Assembly: GCF_001194135.2 (NCBI RefSeq)
Contig: NC_068993.1
Coordinates: 42,895,915 to 42,959,914 of the forward strand
Reading direction: 5' to 3'
Origin: Octopus bimaculoides
Taxonomy: Eukaryota
Length of the DNA: 64,000 bases
Shown: positions 50,501 through 62,390 of the stretch, in pieces
How positions within the stretch are numbered: the stretch's first letter is position 1
Layout of the letters: every line of letters starts with the position of its first letter
Program-made: the position numbers and the translations under genes
Notes under the pieces: generated by a model
What the model saw: the letters and a program-made list of their open reading frames with translations, nothing else
Told to the model about the DNA's origin: nothing
Databases searched by the model: none

Positions 50501-51052
50501 GCTGTTTCTATTACTTATTCCCTAGAAACACATTATGAAGACTTCAAAAACCGCTCTTCAACCCTTTATCTATAATTATATGAAGGCTAACATATTTAAA
50601 AGTGCGTTCCCCTCCTGCGTAACTTTCTCTCGAAAGGCAAATATGAAGACCATGTTCTGTAGGAACTTAATATTCACCATGGAGAAGATACTATTTCAGG
50701 AATATAAAAAGAAAAGGTAACAATAAATCCTACGCAGTTATGTTTGAGGAATGAATTCTGGAGGAAAATACCTTCGGATCAGAAAAGCCGGGAGAAAAGA
50801 GTTCTTCTAGTTAGAAGGTTCTGGTGTAAATTGCCAAGATATCAGAATTTCAACCTGTCGCATTATATTTAGCGTTATATGCTAGGAGCGCGTTTCTTCA
50901 TTAGGAATATGCTTGTAGTGAATAAACAAAAATGTGTTGCGGTGAATTGTTAACGAAATTGCCATTTCTCCAAGAAATTTACACTGAAGTATTATGTGAC
51001 TTATTGCAATCCAACAAAAGAGATAATCCGGTTCAAGTTTAGAACTAAATAC

Positions 51053-51090
<38 letters not shown>

Positions 51091-51615
51091 CCGCGTGTAA
51101 ACACACACACCCATTTTCAAGTCCACATTTAATATAATCAAATTCAAACTAGCTTAACATTAACTGTTCAAATATGTGCGTGCGCACGTTTGCGTGAGTG
51201 TGTATATGTTTGCGTGTGGGAGCGTATCTATGTGGGTGAGTGTGTGTTAAGGTAAAAATATACGGAAACACACTAATCAAGCGAAAGAAAATAATAAAAT
51301 TAAAATTATAACTTATAAAATATGCATGCGTAATCATTGTCGATGTTCTGTTTTTCCCATTTTTACCACTTCCCGCCCTATACAATATCCTGCTTTGCAA
51401 ACCTTTAGTTAAAACTTTCATTTCATAATACATTTTTTTCTCTCTCTTATTACGTAGCAAAAGAAACTAAACCTGCATTTTCCGCTCCAAAGAAACATTT
51501 ATAAGCCATCAGTTAACTCTTAGTTTTTTTTTTTTTGTTCTTTTTTTCTTCTGCAAACAAGTAAAGTATTTTAAGTATACCTCTACATTTGACATTTCAA
51601 TATTTTGATGTATCA

Positions 51616-52924
51616 AGGCGTCGAGCTGGCAGAAATGGTAGCACGCCGGGCGAAATGCTTAGCGGTAGTTCGTCTGTCTTTACATTTTGAGTTCAAATTC
51701 CGCCGAAGTCGACTTTGCCTTTCACCCTTTCGGGATTAATAAATTAAGTACCACTTGCATACTGAGGTCGATCTAATCGACTGTCCCTCTCCCCCAAAAT
51801 TTCGGGCTTTGTGTCCTAGAGTACAAAAGAATATTTTGGTGTATTAAGGCGGCGAGCAGGTAGAGTCGTTACCATACTTAGCAGCCTTTCATCCATCTTT
51901 GCGTTCTGAGTTCAAATACTTCCCAGGTTGTCACTGCCTTTCACCTTTTGGTGGGGGTCGATAAAATAAGTACCCGTTGAGCACTGAGGATCGATGTAAT
52001 CGACATACTCTCTCCCCCGAAATTGCTGGCCTTGTGCCACAATTTGAAATCAGTATTTAGGTGTGCAAAGGCAGCGAGTTGGCAGAATCGTTACCGCACC
52101 GGTCCAAATGCTAAGCGGCATTTCATCCGTCTTTACGTTCTGAGTTCAAATATCACCGAGATTGACCTTGCCTTTCATCCTTTCGAGATCGATAAAAAGA
52201 AGCACCTATTAAGTAATGGGGTCGATATGGTCGACTAGTCCCCTAACCCAAAATTTCAGGCCTTGTGTCTATAGTAGAAAGAATTAAAAGGCGGTGAGCT
52301 GGCAGAATCGTTTGCACGCCAGACAAAATGCGTAACAGCATTTCTTCCCGGCTCTTTACATTTTGGGTTCCAATGCCACCGATGTCTACTTTGCCTTTCA
52401 TCTTTTTTCGGGGTCAACAAAATAAGTATCAGTCAGGCATTGGGGTCGATGTAATCTACACCCCTCTGCCCCTAGAATTGCCAGCCTTATACCAAAATTT
52501 GAAAGAATTTTATTAAACGGTAATGTTAGAGCGTTAGACAAAAGGCGAGCTGGCAGAAACGTTAGCACACCGGGCGAAATGCTTAGCGGTATTTCGTTTG
52601 CCACTGCGTTCTGGGTTCAAATTCCGCCGAGGTCGACTTTGCCTTTCATCCTTTCGGGGTCGATAAATTAAGTACCAGTTACGCACTGGAGTCGATATAA
52701 TCGACTTAATCCGTTTGTCTGTCCTTGTTTGTCCCCTCTGTGTGTAGCCCCTTGTGGGCAGTAAAGGTATAGGTATTTCTTCCGAATCCTTCCACTGAGG
52801 TCGTTTTTGCCCTTCACCCTTTCGGGGTCCATAAACTAAGTACCAGTCAAGTACTGGAGTCGATGTAATCGACTTTCTCCTCCCCTCAAGTACGTTGGCT
52901 TTGCGCCAAAGTTAGGAAGAATAT
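51616..52924 (+). mobile_element. Head-to-tail array of about 6 SINE family A copies, one nested
   Basis: Heads at about 51616, 51847, 52068, 52288 and 52543; split copy 52516-52542 plus 52772-52924. Confidence 0.9.
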
Positions 52925-53954
52925 TTAGGTTTGTGAAGAACATACCAAACCGTAAAGCCATATTTGACTATTTCTTTGTTAATGGCGGAAGTCGTTTCGC
53001 TTAATCAATTGAAATTGAACTGCTATAAATTTAATGACATTGATATTGATTAAGTCAAATTAATTAATGTTAATATTTTGTGTCTGACCTTCTTGGCCTT
53101 GGTGTCCGGTGCAGTAGTAGATGAAAATCTACATATATACGATTACCTGTTAAGAGTAATTTCTCTTCACAGAGGTCAGTAACGCCTCTTACAAAGGCAT
53201 ACACCAGACTCGATCTTATATTTCTTTCCTTATAAAATGTAAGATTTTTTGCCTATTTCTTTGAGAAATTATTATTCGTTTGCATGTCAAATTCTGCTTA
53301 GTTTAGAATTTTAAAATGTATAACTTAATTCCAATGGCTAAAGTTTTATATAAAACTTAGATGCATTTGTCTCTGTTATAGAACAAATGAAATAAACTTC
53401 ACAAAGTAAGACAGAACAAGTACAAGAAAGATTCGTTTTCGTGCAAGATGTTACCTTAGCTGTCAGCAAATACCAAACAAATGCTTTCTTTGTCACGCAG
53501 AAAACAAGTCCAACTACAACTGGAATCAATCATGTTTGTTACCTTGCCGGAAAATGTTCAATTCTTCCAAAGTCAACGTCGTTTCTAGAAGCCATTAAGT
53601 AAAATAAAAGCCTAACATGAACATTACTCCACGCTTTACACATACCTATATCTCACTAGAGTTAAGCATATACGTACACATAGCTAGAGACAGGCTGTCT
53701 AGGAAGGAAGCTACTGAAGGCAACCTTAACACAGTTACAGCACACTCAGCTGTCATGTATAGGTAACATATTGACTTAACAAATCTGTTGTTTGTAGAGA
53801 AGAACAACTTTAGTATTTTAAAATATGACTACGACCGGAGACCCAAACATCTCCTTAAACCCGTTTTGTGTATCTATTGATTGGGTACGTGAAGATCTTA
53901 ACGAATATGAAAATTTGAATAAATCATATGTGTATGTTTAAGTACATATCCCTT

Positions 53955-54014
53955 TCTCTATCTCTCTCACATGCTCTCGCTCTCGCTCTCTGTCTCTCTA
54001 TTTATCTCTAACTC

Positions 54015-54051
<37 letters not shown>

Positions 54052-54066
54052 CTCTCTCTCTCTCTT

Positions 54067-54097
<31 letters not shown>

Positions 54098-54248
54098 AGA
54101 GAGAGAGAGAGAGAAAGAGAGAGAAAGAGAAACAAATCGGTAAATAGGCGAATAGATAGATAGATAAATAGATTTGTATACAAAGATGTATTTCTATACA
54201 CACAAACATACGTACGTTCATATATATATATATATATATATGTGTGTG

Positions 54249-54280
<32 letters not shown>

Positions 54281-54610
54281 AAGAGAAACAAATCGGTAAA
54301 TAGGCGAATAGATAGATAGATAAATAGATTTGTATACAAAGATGTATTTCTATACACACAAACATACGTACGTTCATATATATATATGTGTGTGTGTGTG
54401 TGTGTACGTATGTATAGAAATATATACGTACGTACGTACATATGTACTTACATTCATGCATGCATACATACATGCATACACAAATGCATACATACATGCA
54501 TGCATACATGCATACATATATACATACATACATGCATGCATACATGCATACATACATACATACATACATACATACATACATACGTACGTACATACATCAC
54601 ACACAAGAAT
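53955..54610. repeat. Microsatellite field containing a 156-bp tandem duplication
   Basis: aacaaatcggtaaataggcgaatagatagatagataaatagatttgtatacaaagatg... at 54131 and 54287. Confidence 0.9.
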
Positions 54611-54764
54611 ATGTGTGCCTGTACATCCGTTCATGCATAATCCGATAAACAGAATAGAAGTTTTCACTGACTTGACTTTAGATCAAGCTGACCGAGTTTA
54701 GCTACTGTGGCAATCAATAGCGTGTAGCTAGGGTTCCAACTAAATGGTAAAATATCAGCTACCC

Positions 54765-55051
54765 TATTACCTTTTACTTGCTTTAGTCATTGAACTGTGG
54801 TCATGCTGGGGCACTGCCATGAAAAGTTTAGTCGAACAAATCGACGCCACTACTTATTTTTGAAGTTTGGCACTGGTTTTGTCAAACATTTTAGCTGAAC
54901 TGCTGTGTCTTAGAGATGTAAACAAACCAGCATTGGTTGACAAGTGCTGCAGTTCGACAAAAACACACACAACGATACATACATACATATACACTCACAC
55001 ACATATGTATATATACACATATGCATATATATTTATATATATATATGTATG

Positions 55052-55109
<58 letters not shown>

Positions 55110-55260
55110 AAATAAATTACTGGCTTCCACACAGTTTCCGTCTACCAAATCCACTCACAAGGCTTTGGCCAGTTCAGAGCTATACTAGAAGACACTTGTC
55201 CAAAATGCCGCGCAGTGGGATTGAACACGCATTCAGGTGGGCCAAATCTTAACCACACTA
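54765..55260 (-). mobile_element. SINE family B with internal (TA)n(GA)n
   Basis: Tail, microsatellite and head (cagtttccgtctaccaaatccactcacaaggctttgg) all present. Confidence 0.85.
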
Positions 55261-55549
55261 CCTTATCTGTGACTATATAAGAAGTGATTTTAAAGAAGTT
55301 AATTTCATCCGAAAGAAAAAACATTTAATTTACGTTTATTGATGTTTGATGGCTTCACTGAAATCGAAAGTTATGTAACTTGGTCAACTAATTCTACCCT
55401 CAATCAATTATTAACGTAACGCTGATATTAGTCCTTCTACAAAGCAGGCATCTATACGAGAGTTGTACATGCACCTAACACAGATATCAGCATTACTTCT
55501 TTTATTATATGACTCTGGTCGTTTGAATCACATCTCATTAACTTCTATC

Positions 55550-55805
55550 TTTTTTTTTATTTTGTTTTAGCCATTAGACTGCGGCCATGCTGGGTCATCG
55601 CCTTGAAGAATTTTATATTCAAATCAATCGACGCTAGTACTTATTTTTCAAACCTGGTATCAATTCTATCGTATTTTATCTCCCCCGTGAAGACGAAAGG
55701 CAAATCGTCCTCGGCGGAATTTGAATTTACAACAGAAAGACGAATGAAATGCCGCTAAGTATTTTGTCCGGCGTTTTAATGGTTCTGCCGGCTAGCCACC
55801 TTCTT
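55550..55805 (-). mobile_element. Adjacent SINE family B tail and SINE family A copy
   Basis: gactgcggccatgctggg tail then gaaaggcaaatcgtcctcggcggaatttgaa core. Confidence 0.75.
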
Positions 55806-58800
55806 ATCATCTTTAATAATGAATGGAAGCTGATGTAGTGTCCATCCTTAAATGACGTGATGGTCACTTTTCAAATAGCTCATTTGGTCGATCAAGATAG
55901 GAATAAACAGAAATAACAACTTTCATATTGTGAAATCTTATATTTATGATGAACCGAAGAGAGAAAATGGCTAAATGAATGTGTGTGTATACTGAGTTAG
56001 TTAGTTGCGATAAATTCTTATCTGACATCTGGATAAAATAAATAAATGATCTGGTGATTATATAATAGATAAGAACTTGTCACAACAATACAGATTTGCT
56101 GTGAAGCTAGCATACCTTCCGTACGGTTGGTATGTTGGGAATTTAGATCTCACTATCAGTTTAATTTATCACTATCTTTGCCCAGTGACCGCTGAGTGAA
56201 GAAAAATACAATCTAACTCCAGAGAGAACCTTAAATTAATTCTTGTAATTAAAAAATAGTATTTACACTGTTTGAATTGTATATCGTTGTAATAAACATG
56301 ATAAATAGACAAGGACAAGTTAAAACATATAAACTTTAATTAATGGCAAAGTCTGTTTACACAAACTAGGAATTACAAAAGAAGTTTTATTGTTATGGGT
56401 GTTTTTTGTCGTTGTTTTAAAAGTCTCTAGAGAGATTGTGTTTCCACGTTTTTTTTTTTCTAATATTCTGCTCTTTAGAGTAAGTAATGACGATACCAAT
56501 AATATACTGTTGAGTAACTCAACAACTGCCAACCTGTAACTAAGGCAAAAGTGTAACGGGAGACGTTGTATCATGTCAGAAAACCAGGTACATGTGTTAT
56601 GGTTCGCAAGAGGAGCTTCATCAAATGTATCACCCTCGTGACAACGATAGACACAGAAACAATTGATTTCGAATATAGATATTGATATACATGCACACCC
56701 ATACACACATACACAAGATGCAATACAGATTTGGACTTACGGATATTTTCATGTTTGTAAACAAACTGTCTTTCCTCCCTTAAGTAGAAAAGTGGATGAC
56801 GTACGTCTTCTAAACAGATAGAAGGTATTCTGTCAAGGCTAAGACAAATAAAAACTAATCACTTAAATTAATAAAAGAGAGAGAATGAAACGATGCAACT
56901 TAGAAATGGTTGTAGGTAACATCTCAGGGAGTTGTTAAGTGAACTACTCAAAACATCGTTCAAAGGCAACAAGCCTCTGGTTAGCTAAAGTTTTGGCTTG
57001 ACTAAACTTACACACGACACTCCTGACACAAAAATATCTTCTCTGTAAGGTACGTTACTCGTGGAAAGAAGAAATATTAGTAAACTATTGAGCTTGACTA
57101 TACTCTGTAAATGTGTGACATTTTGGCAAAGTTAGATATCAATAGAGAAGCATCTAGCTTCTAAATGCATAGATGCACTGATATTTATATATGTTAGCAA
57201 TAACAGTGTATTTGAATACGTGTATATTCATGTGCACTGATGAGTGAAAGCAAAAGCGGGAAGTCGAAGCATTGATATTGTTTAAAACTTTACTCTTAAA
57301 GAAAACTGTCTTGAAGAAGAGCTGTTCCGTTACCAATAAAAAAAAATTCTTCGTGATTTATATAGAAATTACGAAAACGAATGATGCTTCGCCAAAATAC
57401 ACACTACTTTATGTACTCTATCTGTCAAACAGCCCTCACAAAAATGTCAAGGAATATTTCTACAATAACTAACACCAATCCATCGACTAGCAGCTAGCAA
57501 CAGTATTTTCGGATTGCCATTTTACGCAGCAATATATTTAATACATAGTATTATTCTGCAGCAACTTCTATCATCTATCTAACATATTTGTTGTTAGAAA
57601 TCCTTTTTTTTTCTCTTTTTTAACATATCTTTTTTTATTCGTATAAGAAAATATTGAACTCGCATCTGGAAATATGTCCCATGAGACTTCAAGAAAAAAA
57701 AACATTACTTGTTATCAAATCTCAGTCACCATGGAGACAGTTGTATTGAGCGATAGTTATAAAAGTGAGTGAGATAACACATATAAAAATACGTACATAT
57801 GAAGTTGTGGTTTTACTCCCTCCTACTGCCAATATACGGAAGCTGTTTCGTCTTTCTTATTTATTGCAGTTGATACACTATTTTCTTCTACCCTCTCGAA
57901 TACGCATTCGTCAATACACACATAGACATATATACACACACAGAAACACACACATTCACACACATATATATATACGTACGTATATATAGTTATTCTTAAC
58001 ATGAGACGAGATATAACATGAGATACGTGTGTATGAGAACGTCTAAGTGCGCCTCTGCAATGATGTGCATGTGTGTGTATTTATGTCTTTATGCATTAGT
58101 ATGATCTGTATGCGCCGTGCACTACTGTATGCCTATGTATATGCACGCATGTGTGATACTGTATGTATATGTATGTGAGACAGTGTATGTATGTGTAAGT
58201 CTGTGTGTGTGTGTTGTGTGTGCATGCGTATATATGTATGGGTGTGCGTGTATATCGATATCTATGTTCGAAATCAATGTTTCTGTTTCTTTATTCTATC
58301 GTTGCCAGGAGGGAGATATATTTCCTAAACAATGTAGTTTCTCTTGCGAACCATCACTTATAAGTGGAAAGATATATATTTTGTGAAGCGGTGAAGGGTT
58401 GGATGGGGAAGACGGGAACGGGTGATTCTTAAAATGAAAATATTGCATGCTTCCGGGAAGACTAGAAAGAAATTTGAGGAGTTGAGTGTCAACTTCTGGA
58501 TTCTCATCTTAAAATAGGAAGATCATTGGAATATGAAGAAGAAATATATATACATACATGCATGCATATATACATATATATATATATATATANNNNNNNN
58601 NNNNNNNNNNNNNNNNNNNNNNNNNNNNNNNNNNNNNNNNNNNNNNNNNNNNNNNNNNNNNNNNNNNNNNNNNNNNNNNNNNNNNNNNNNNNNNNNNNNN
58701 NNNNNNNNNNNNNNNNNNNNNNNNNNNNNNNNNNNNNNNNNNNNNNNNNNNNNNNNNNNNNNNNNNNNNNNNNNNNNNNNNNNNNNNNNNNNNNNNNNNN

Positions 58801-59229
58801 NNNNNNNNNNNNNNNNNNNNNNNNNNNNNNNNNNNNNNNNNNNNNNNNNNNNNNNNNNNNNNNNNNNNNNNTTATTAAGGTAGCTTTTTATTTGCTACAT
58901 TCATTGCAAAGAAAAAAAATTCGCTTCCTTAAGCCATAACAAGTTTGAAGTAGCAGATTAAGAAAATATAAAATGTTAAGGTCCATGAAGTTCCGGGGCA
59001 ATGAATAATACTGGCAAAATGAAGGGAAATATATATATATACATATCTATATATTAGTAATTTATACTAAATCATGAAAATACGAAATTTTCCATTGTCG
59101 CCATTATAGAGTTGTATAATATGATGAGTTTTGTCAATCACGAAATATCTCAGAGGTTCGATATTTTTGTTCATCTTGCAAAGGATATATATTTTCAGTG
59201 GAAGAAAATAGTCAGCGTCAACGCCAGCT

Positions 59230-59460
59230 TCAGAAGCTAGTTGGTATTTATACTGGTTTCAGATTTTGCACAAAGCCTGCAATTTCGTAGCGTGCAGTAA
59301 GTCGGTTACATGGCTCAACTAGGACTTATTTTATTAACACCGAAAGGATGAAAGGCAAAGTCGAGCCCGGCGGCATTTGAACTCAGAATGTAAAGACGGA
59401 CGAAATGCTGCTAAGCAATTTGCCCGAAGTCCAAACAATTTTGCCACTTTACCGCCTTAA
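59230..59460 (-). mobile_element. SINE family A
   Basis: gaaaggatgaaaggcaaagtcgagcccggcggcatttgaactcagaa core. Confidence 0.85.
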
Positions 59461-59544
59461 TTCATCTTTATATTAATGACCCTCGATAGATGAAAGATAC
59501 AGTCGACTATGGTTGGATTTGAACCTACAAACATGATGATAGTT

Positions 59545-60154
59545 GTTCTATATTTAAGAGATGAGGAATTATGAACAGTATTTACATTATTTAAGACATG
59601 AGGAATTATGTACATTATTTACATAAGGGTGGAGGAACATCGCAAAGCTGTGGCACGGGGAGATGTTGATAAATCGGATATAGCTGATCATGTATGAAAA
59701 AATGGAGACCACCTCCCCTTGTGGGATGAAGTTAAAATAATAGCCAGAGAACACCTCTGGAAAATACGAAAACTAAAAGAAGCAGCACATATGCTAGGAC
59801 ACAACAACCTCCTAAGCAGACCAAGTGCAGATATGAACAGCATATGGGAACCGGTATTAAGGAAGGATAGGAAAATATTAGATTTATAAGCCTCAAAACT
59901 CACACCATAATTGCCCAAGGACATATGGTGTAGTGGTTAAGAGCGCGGGCTACTATCTCCAAGATTACGAGTTCGATTCCAGGCAATGACCTGAATAATA
60001 ATAACAACAACATCGAAAAATACCTTAGGAATGAGAACCCAGGTTCGAAATGTCCCCAAAACACTTGATGATGGCTGGAGGGTATAGCAGCTGAAACGTT
60101 GTGTTAACAACAAGCAAACTGAAGACAAATATCCGTACAAATGTAAATAATGTA
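59545..60154 (+). mobile_element. 5'-truncated Penelope-like element: inverted terminal piece, GIY-YIG endonuclease C-half, pLTR with tRNA-like segment and hammerhead motif
   Basis: Frame 59626-59889 reads RVEEHRKAVARGDVDKSDIADHV*KNGDHLPLWDEVKIIAREHLWKIRKLKEAAHML..., typical of the PLE EN C-terminus with one TGA where Trp is expected. 5' tacattatttaca is the reverse complement of 3' tgtaaataatgta (60142-60154). Confidence 0.85.
60060..60105 (+). ncRNA. Minimal type-I hammerhead ribozyme motif (core C3 mutated)
   Basis: AACAC-[T]TGATGA-t-GGCTG-loop-CAGCT-GAAA-CG-TT-GTGTT: stem I AACAC/GTGTT, stem II GGCTG/CAGCT, palindromic ACGT stem III, GUU cleavage triplet. Confidence 0.7.
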
Positions 60155-60689
60155 TGATGATAGCTGTATACCATTAGTTGAATCATATCCTTACTGTTAT
60201 TGTGGTAATAGTGGAGGTGGAGTTGTTAGTGAAGACGGGAGTGGTGGGGCGTCAAGGGTGATAGGGTGGTGGTGTTTGTGGTGGTGTTTGTGGTGATGGG
60301 CTTGAAGGTGGTAGTGGTGGTTGATGTGATAGTAGTATTGCTGCATATAGCTCCATATCAGCCCTGATTATTCAAACATATAGAGAAAGGTGTTCCATTC
60401 GTGACCATTAAGTCTCATTACACATCGATCTCTACAAAGTTTTCGATACATCATGTGTTACGTAAGACAGCAGCGTTTGATCTAACGAATATTTGGCTGG
60501 TATTTCTACCAAGTCAAGCGACCACAAGGAGATTCCCACGATGCTATAGTGCCGACCATCCCTTCTGATTATCTTCTTTTAGCCACTAGAATATTCTCCT
60601 GACATTAATAGACATTCTTCAATAACTCATAAGCTTTTATTATCTCCTTATTTATTATGATTTCAACTGCATAATTCTAAGATTGAACA

Positions 60690-60880
60690 GTAGTCACAGA
60701 CTGAAGTTAAGAAGTTCGCTTCGCAACCACATTGGTTTCGAGATCAGTGCAAGTGCGCGGCACCTTTGCCAAATATTTTATCCTTTAGCCCCGGCCACCC
60801 AATGCATTGTGATTAAATTTGGTAGGCGAAAAATGTACGGAAGCAACTGTAAGCCAAATTTGCTCCAATAAAGGGAAAAT
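60690..60880 (+). mobile_element. SINE family B head
   Basis: gttaagaagttcgcttcgcaaccacattggtttcgagatcagtgc...ggcacctttgcc. Confidence 0.7.
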
Positions 60881-60911
60881 ATGCAATGACCATTATTTTT
60901 AATGCGTGTGC

Positions 60912-60977
<66 letters not shown>

Positions 60978-60987
60978 NNNNNNNNNN

Positions 60988-61024
<37 letters not shown>

Positions 61025-61189
61025 GTGTGAGTGTGTTTGTGTGTGTGTGATGGACTCTCATTGAAGACGCCGAATGAGCATCCAGACTTTTGTCAGACGA
61101 TCTGCAGAAATGATTTGTTTATAATGGAAAAGAGTTTGTGCAGTACATTATCTCACTCCCTCCACCAAATTGAGTTGTCTGAACAGGTG

Positions 61190-61338
61190 AACGGTGTACT
61201 ACACGTCAGTTGACGAAATGATGGCAGAGCAATGAGATGAAGTGCTTTGCACAAGAACACAACGCACCATCCGGTCTAGGAATTGAAACCACGATCTCGC
61301 GATCGTGAGTGCAACACCCTAACCACTTGGCTATGCGT
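61190..61338 (-). mobile_element. tRNA-derived SINE head and core
   Basis: Minus strand A box TAGCCAAGTGG and B-box-like GGTTTCAATTCC. Confidence 0.75.
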
Positions 61339-61399
61339 TAATATTTAGCAGAAGCAACAGAGTGACACGAGAGCCGAGAGTTTCGTGCGTTGGCACCTA

Positions 61400-61590
61400 T
61401 ACTTTCATAATTGCCAACACACTTGACAACAGTGCTGATTTGTTTACGTCCTCGTAAACTAACGATAGACTAAGTACCATCTTTAAAAAAACCCCATAAA
61501 ACATAAGTACTTTCCAAAAGGAAAAAGACTTGCAAGCTAGTGGCCCAGCATAGCCGCAGCCCAATGATAGAAAGTGGTAAAAGATAAAAA
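61400..61590 (+). mobile_element. SINE family B tail
   Basis: agtgctgatttgtttacgtcctcgtaa...ggcccagcatagccgcagcccaatga. Confidence 0.65.
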
Positions 61591-61882
61591 TANNNNNNNN
61601 NNNNNNNNNNNNNNNNNNNNNNNNNNNNNNNNNNNNNNNNNNNNNNNNNNNNNNNNNNNNNNNNNNNNNNNNNNNNNNNNNNNNNNNNNNNNNNNNNNNN
61701 NNNNNNNNNNNNNNNNNNNNNNNNNNNNNNNNNNNNNNNNNNNNNNNNNNNNNNNNNNNNNNNNNNNNNNNNNNNNNNNNNNNNNNNNNNNNNNNNNNNN
61801 NNNNNNNNNNNNNNNNNNNNNNNNNNNNNNNNNNNNNNNNNNNNNNNNNNNNNNNNNNNNNNNNNNNNNNNNNNNNNNNNNN

Positions 61883-62012
61883 TCTCTCTCTCTCTCTCTC
61901 TCTTTCTGTCCCTATGTCTCTTCCTCACTCACTCTCCCTTTCTCTGTCTCCCTTCTCTCTATATATCCTGTCTCTCTTCCTTCGCTCTCTCTGCACCTCT
62001 GTTTCTCCATCA

Positions 62013-62070
<58 letters not shown>

Positions 62071-62390
62071 TCTCTCTCCCTCGCTTTCTCTCTTTCTCTC
62101 ACACCTTTCCCTGTCTTTTCCTATCTCTCTCTCTGTCTCTCTCCGTTTCTCTTTTCTTTTCCTCTCTTTCTCTCTCTCTGTCTCTCTCCGTTTCTCTTTT
62201 CTTTTCCTCTCTTTCTCTTTCTCTTTCTCTCTCTCTCTCTGCGCCTCTGTTTCTCCTATCCCTCTCATTTCCGCTATCCTTCCCTCTCTATCTCCCTTCA
62301 CTCTCTCTTTCCTTTTCCCTTCCTCTCCACCCTGTGTCCCTTCTCCCCCAATCACTCCCCACTTCCTCCTACTCTCACCTTCTCTCTTTA
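61883..62390. repeat. About 500 bp polypyrimidine (CT)n-type tract with an internal about 44-bp direct repeat
   Basis: Directly visible; tctctctgtctctctccgtttctcttttcttttcctctctttc occurs twice. Confidence 0.95.

Noticed and set aside
51616-52924. Regularly spaced repeats as a CRISPR-like or satellite array
   Set aside because: Units are about 220-bp SINEs also dispersed elsewhere, with no short repeat and unique spacer structure; eukaryotic context.
53395-53600. About 68-codon Met-less open frame on + strand
   Set aside because: No recognisable domain, and the nearby splice sites imply implausibly short introns.
56110-56135. Small imperfect hairpin GCATACC-TT-CCG-TA-CGG-TT-GGTATGT
   Set aside because: Short enough to arise by chance in 64 kb; no supporting context.
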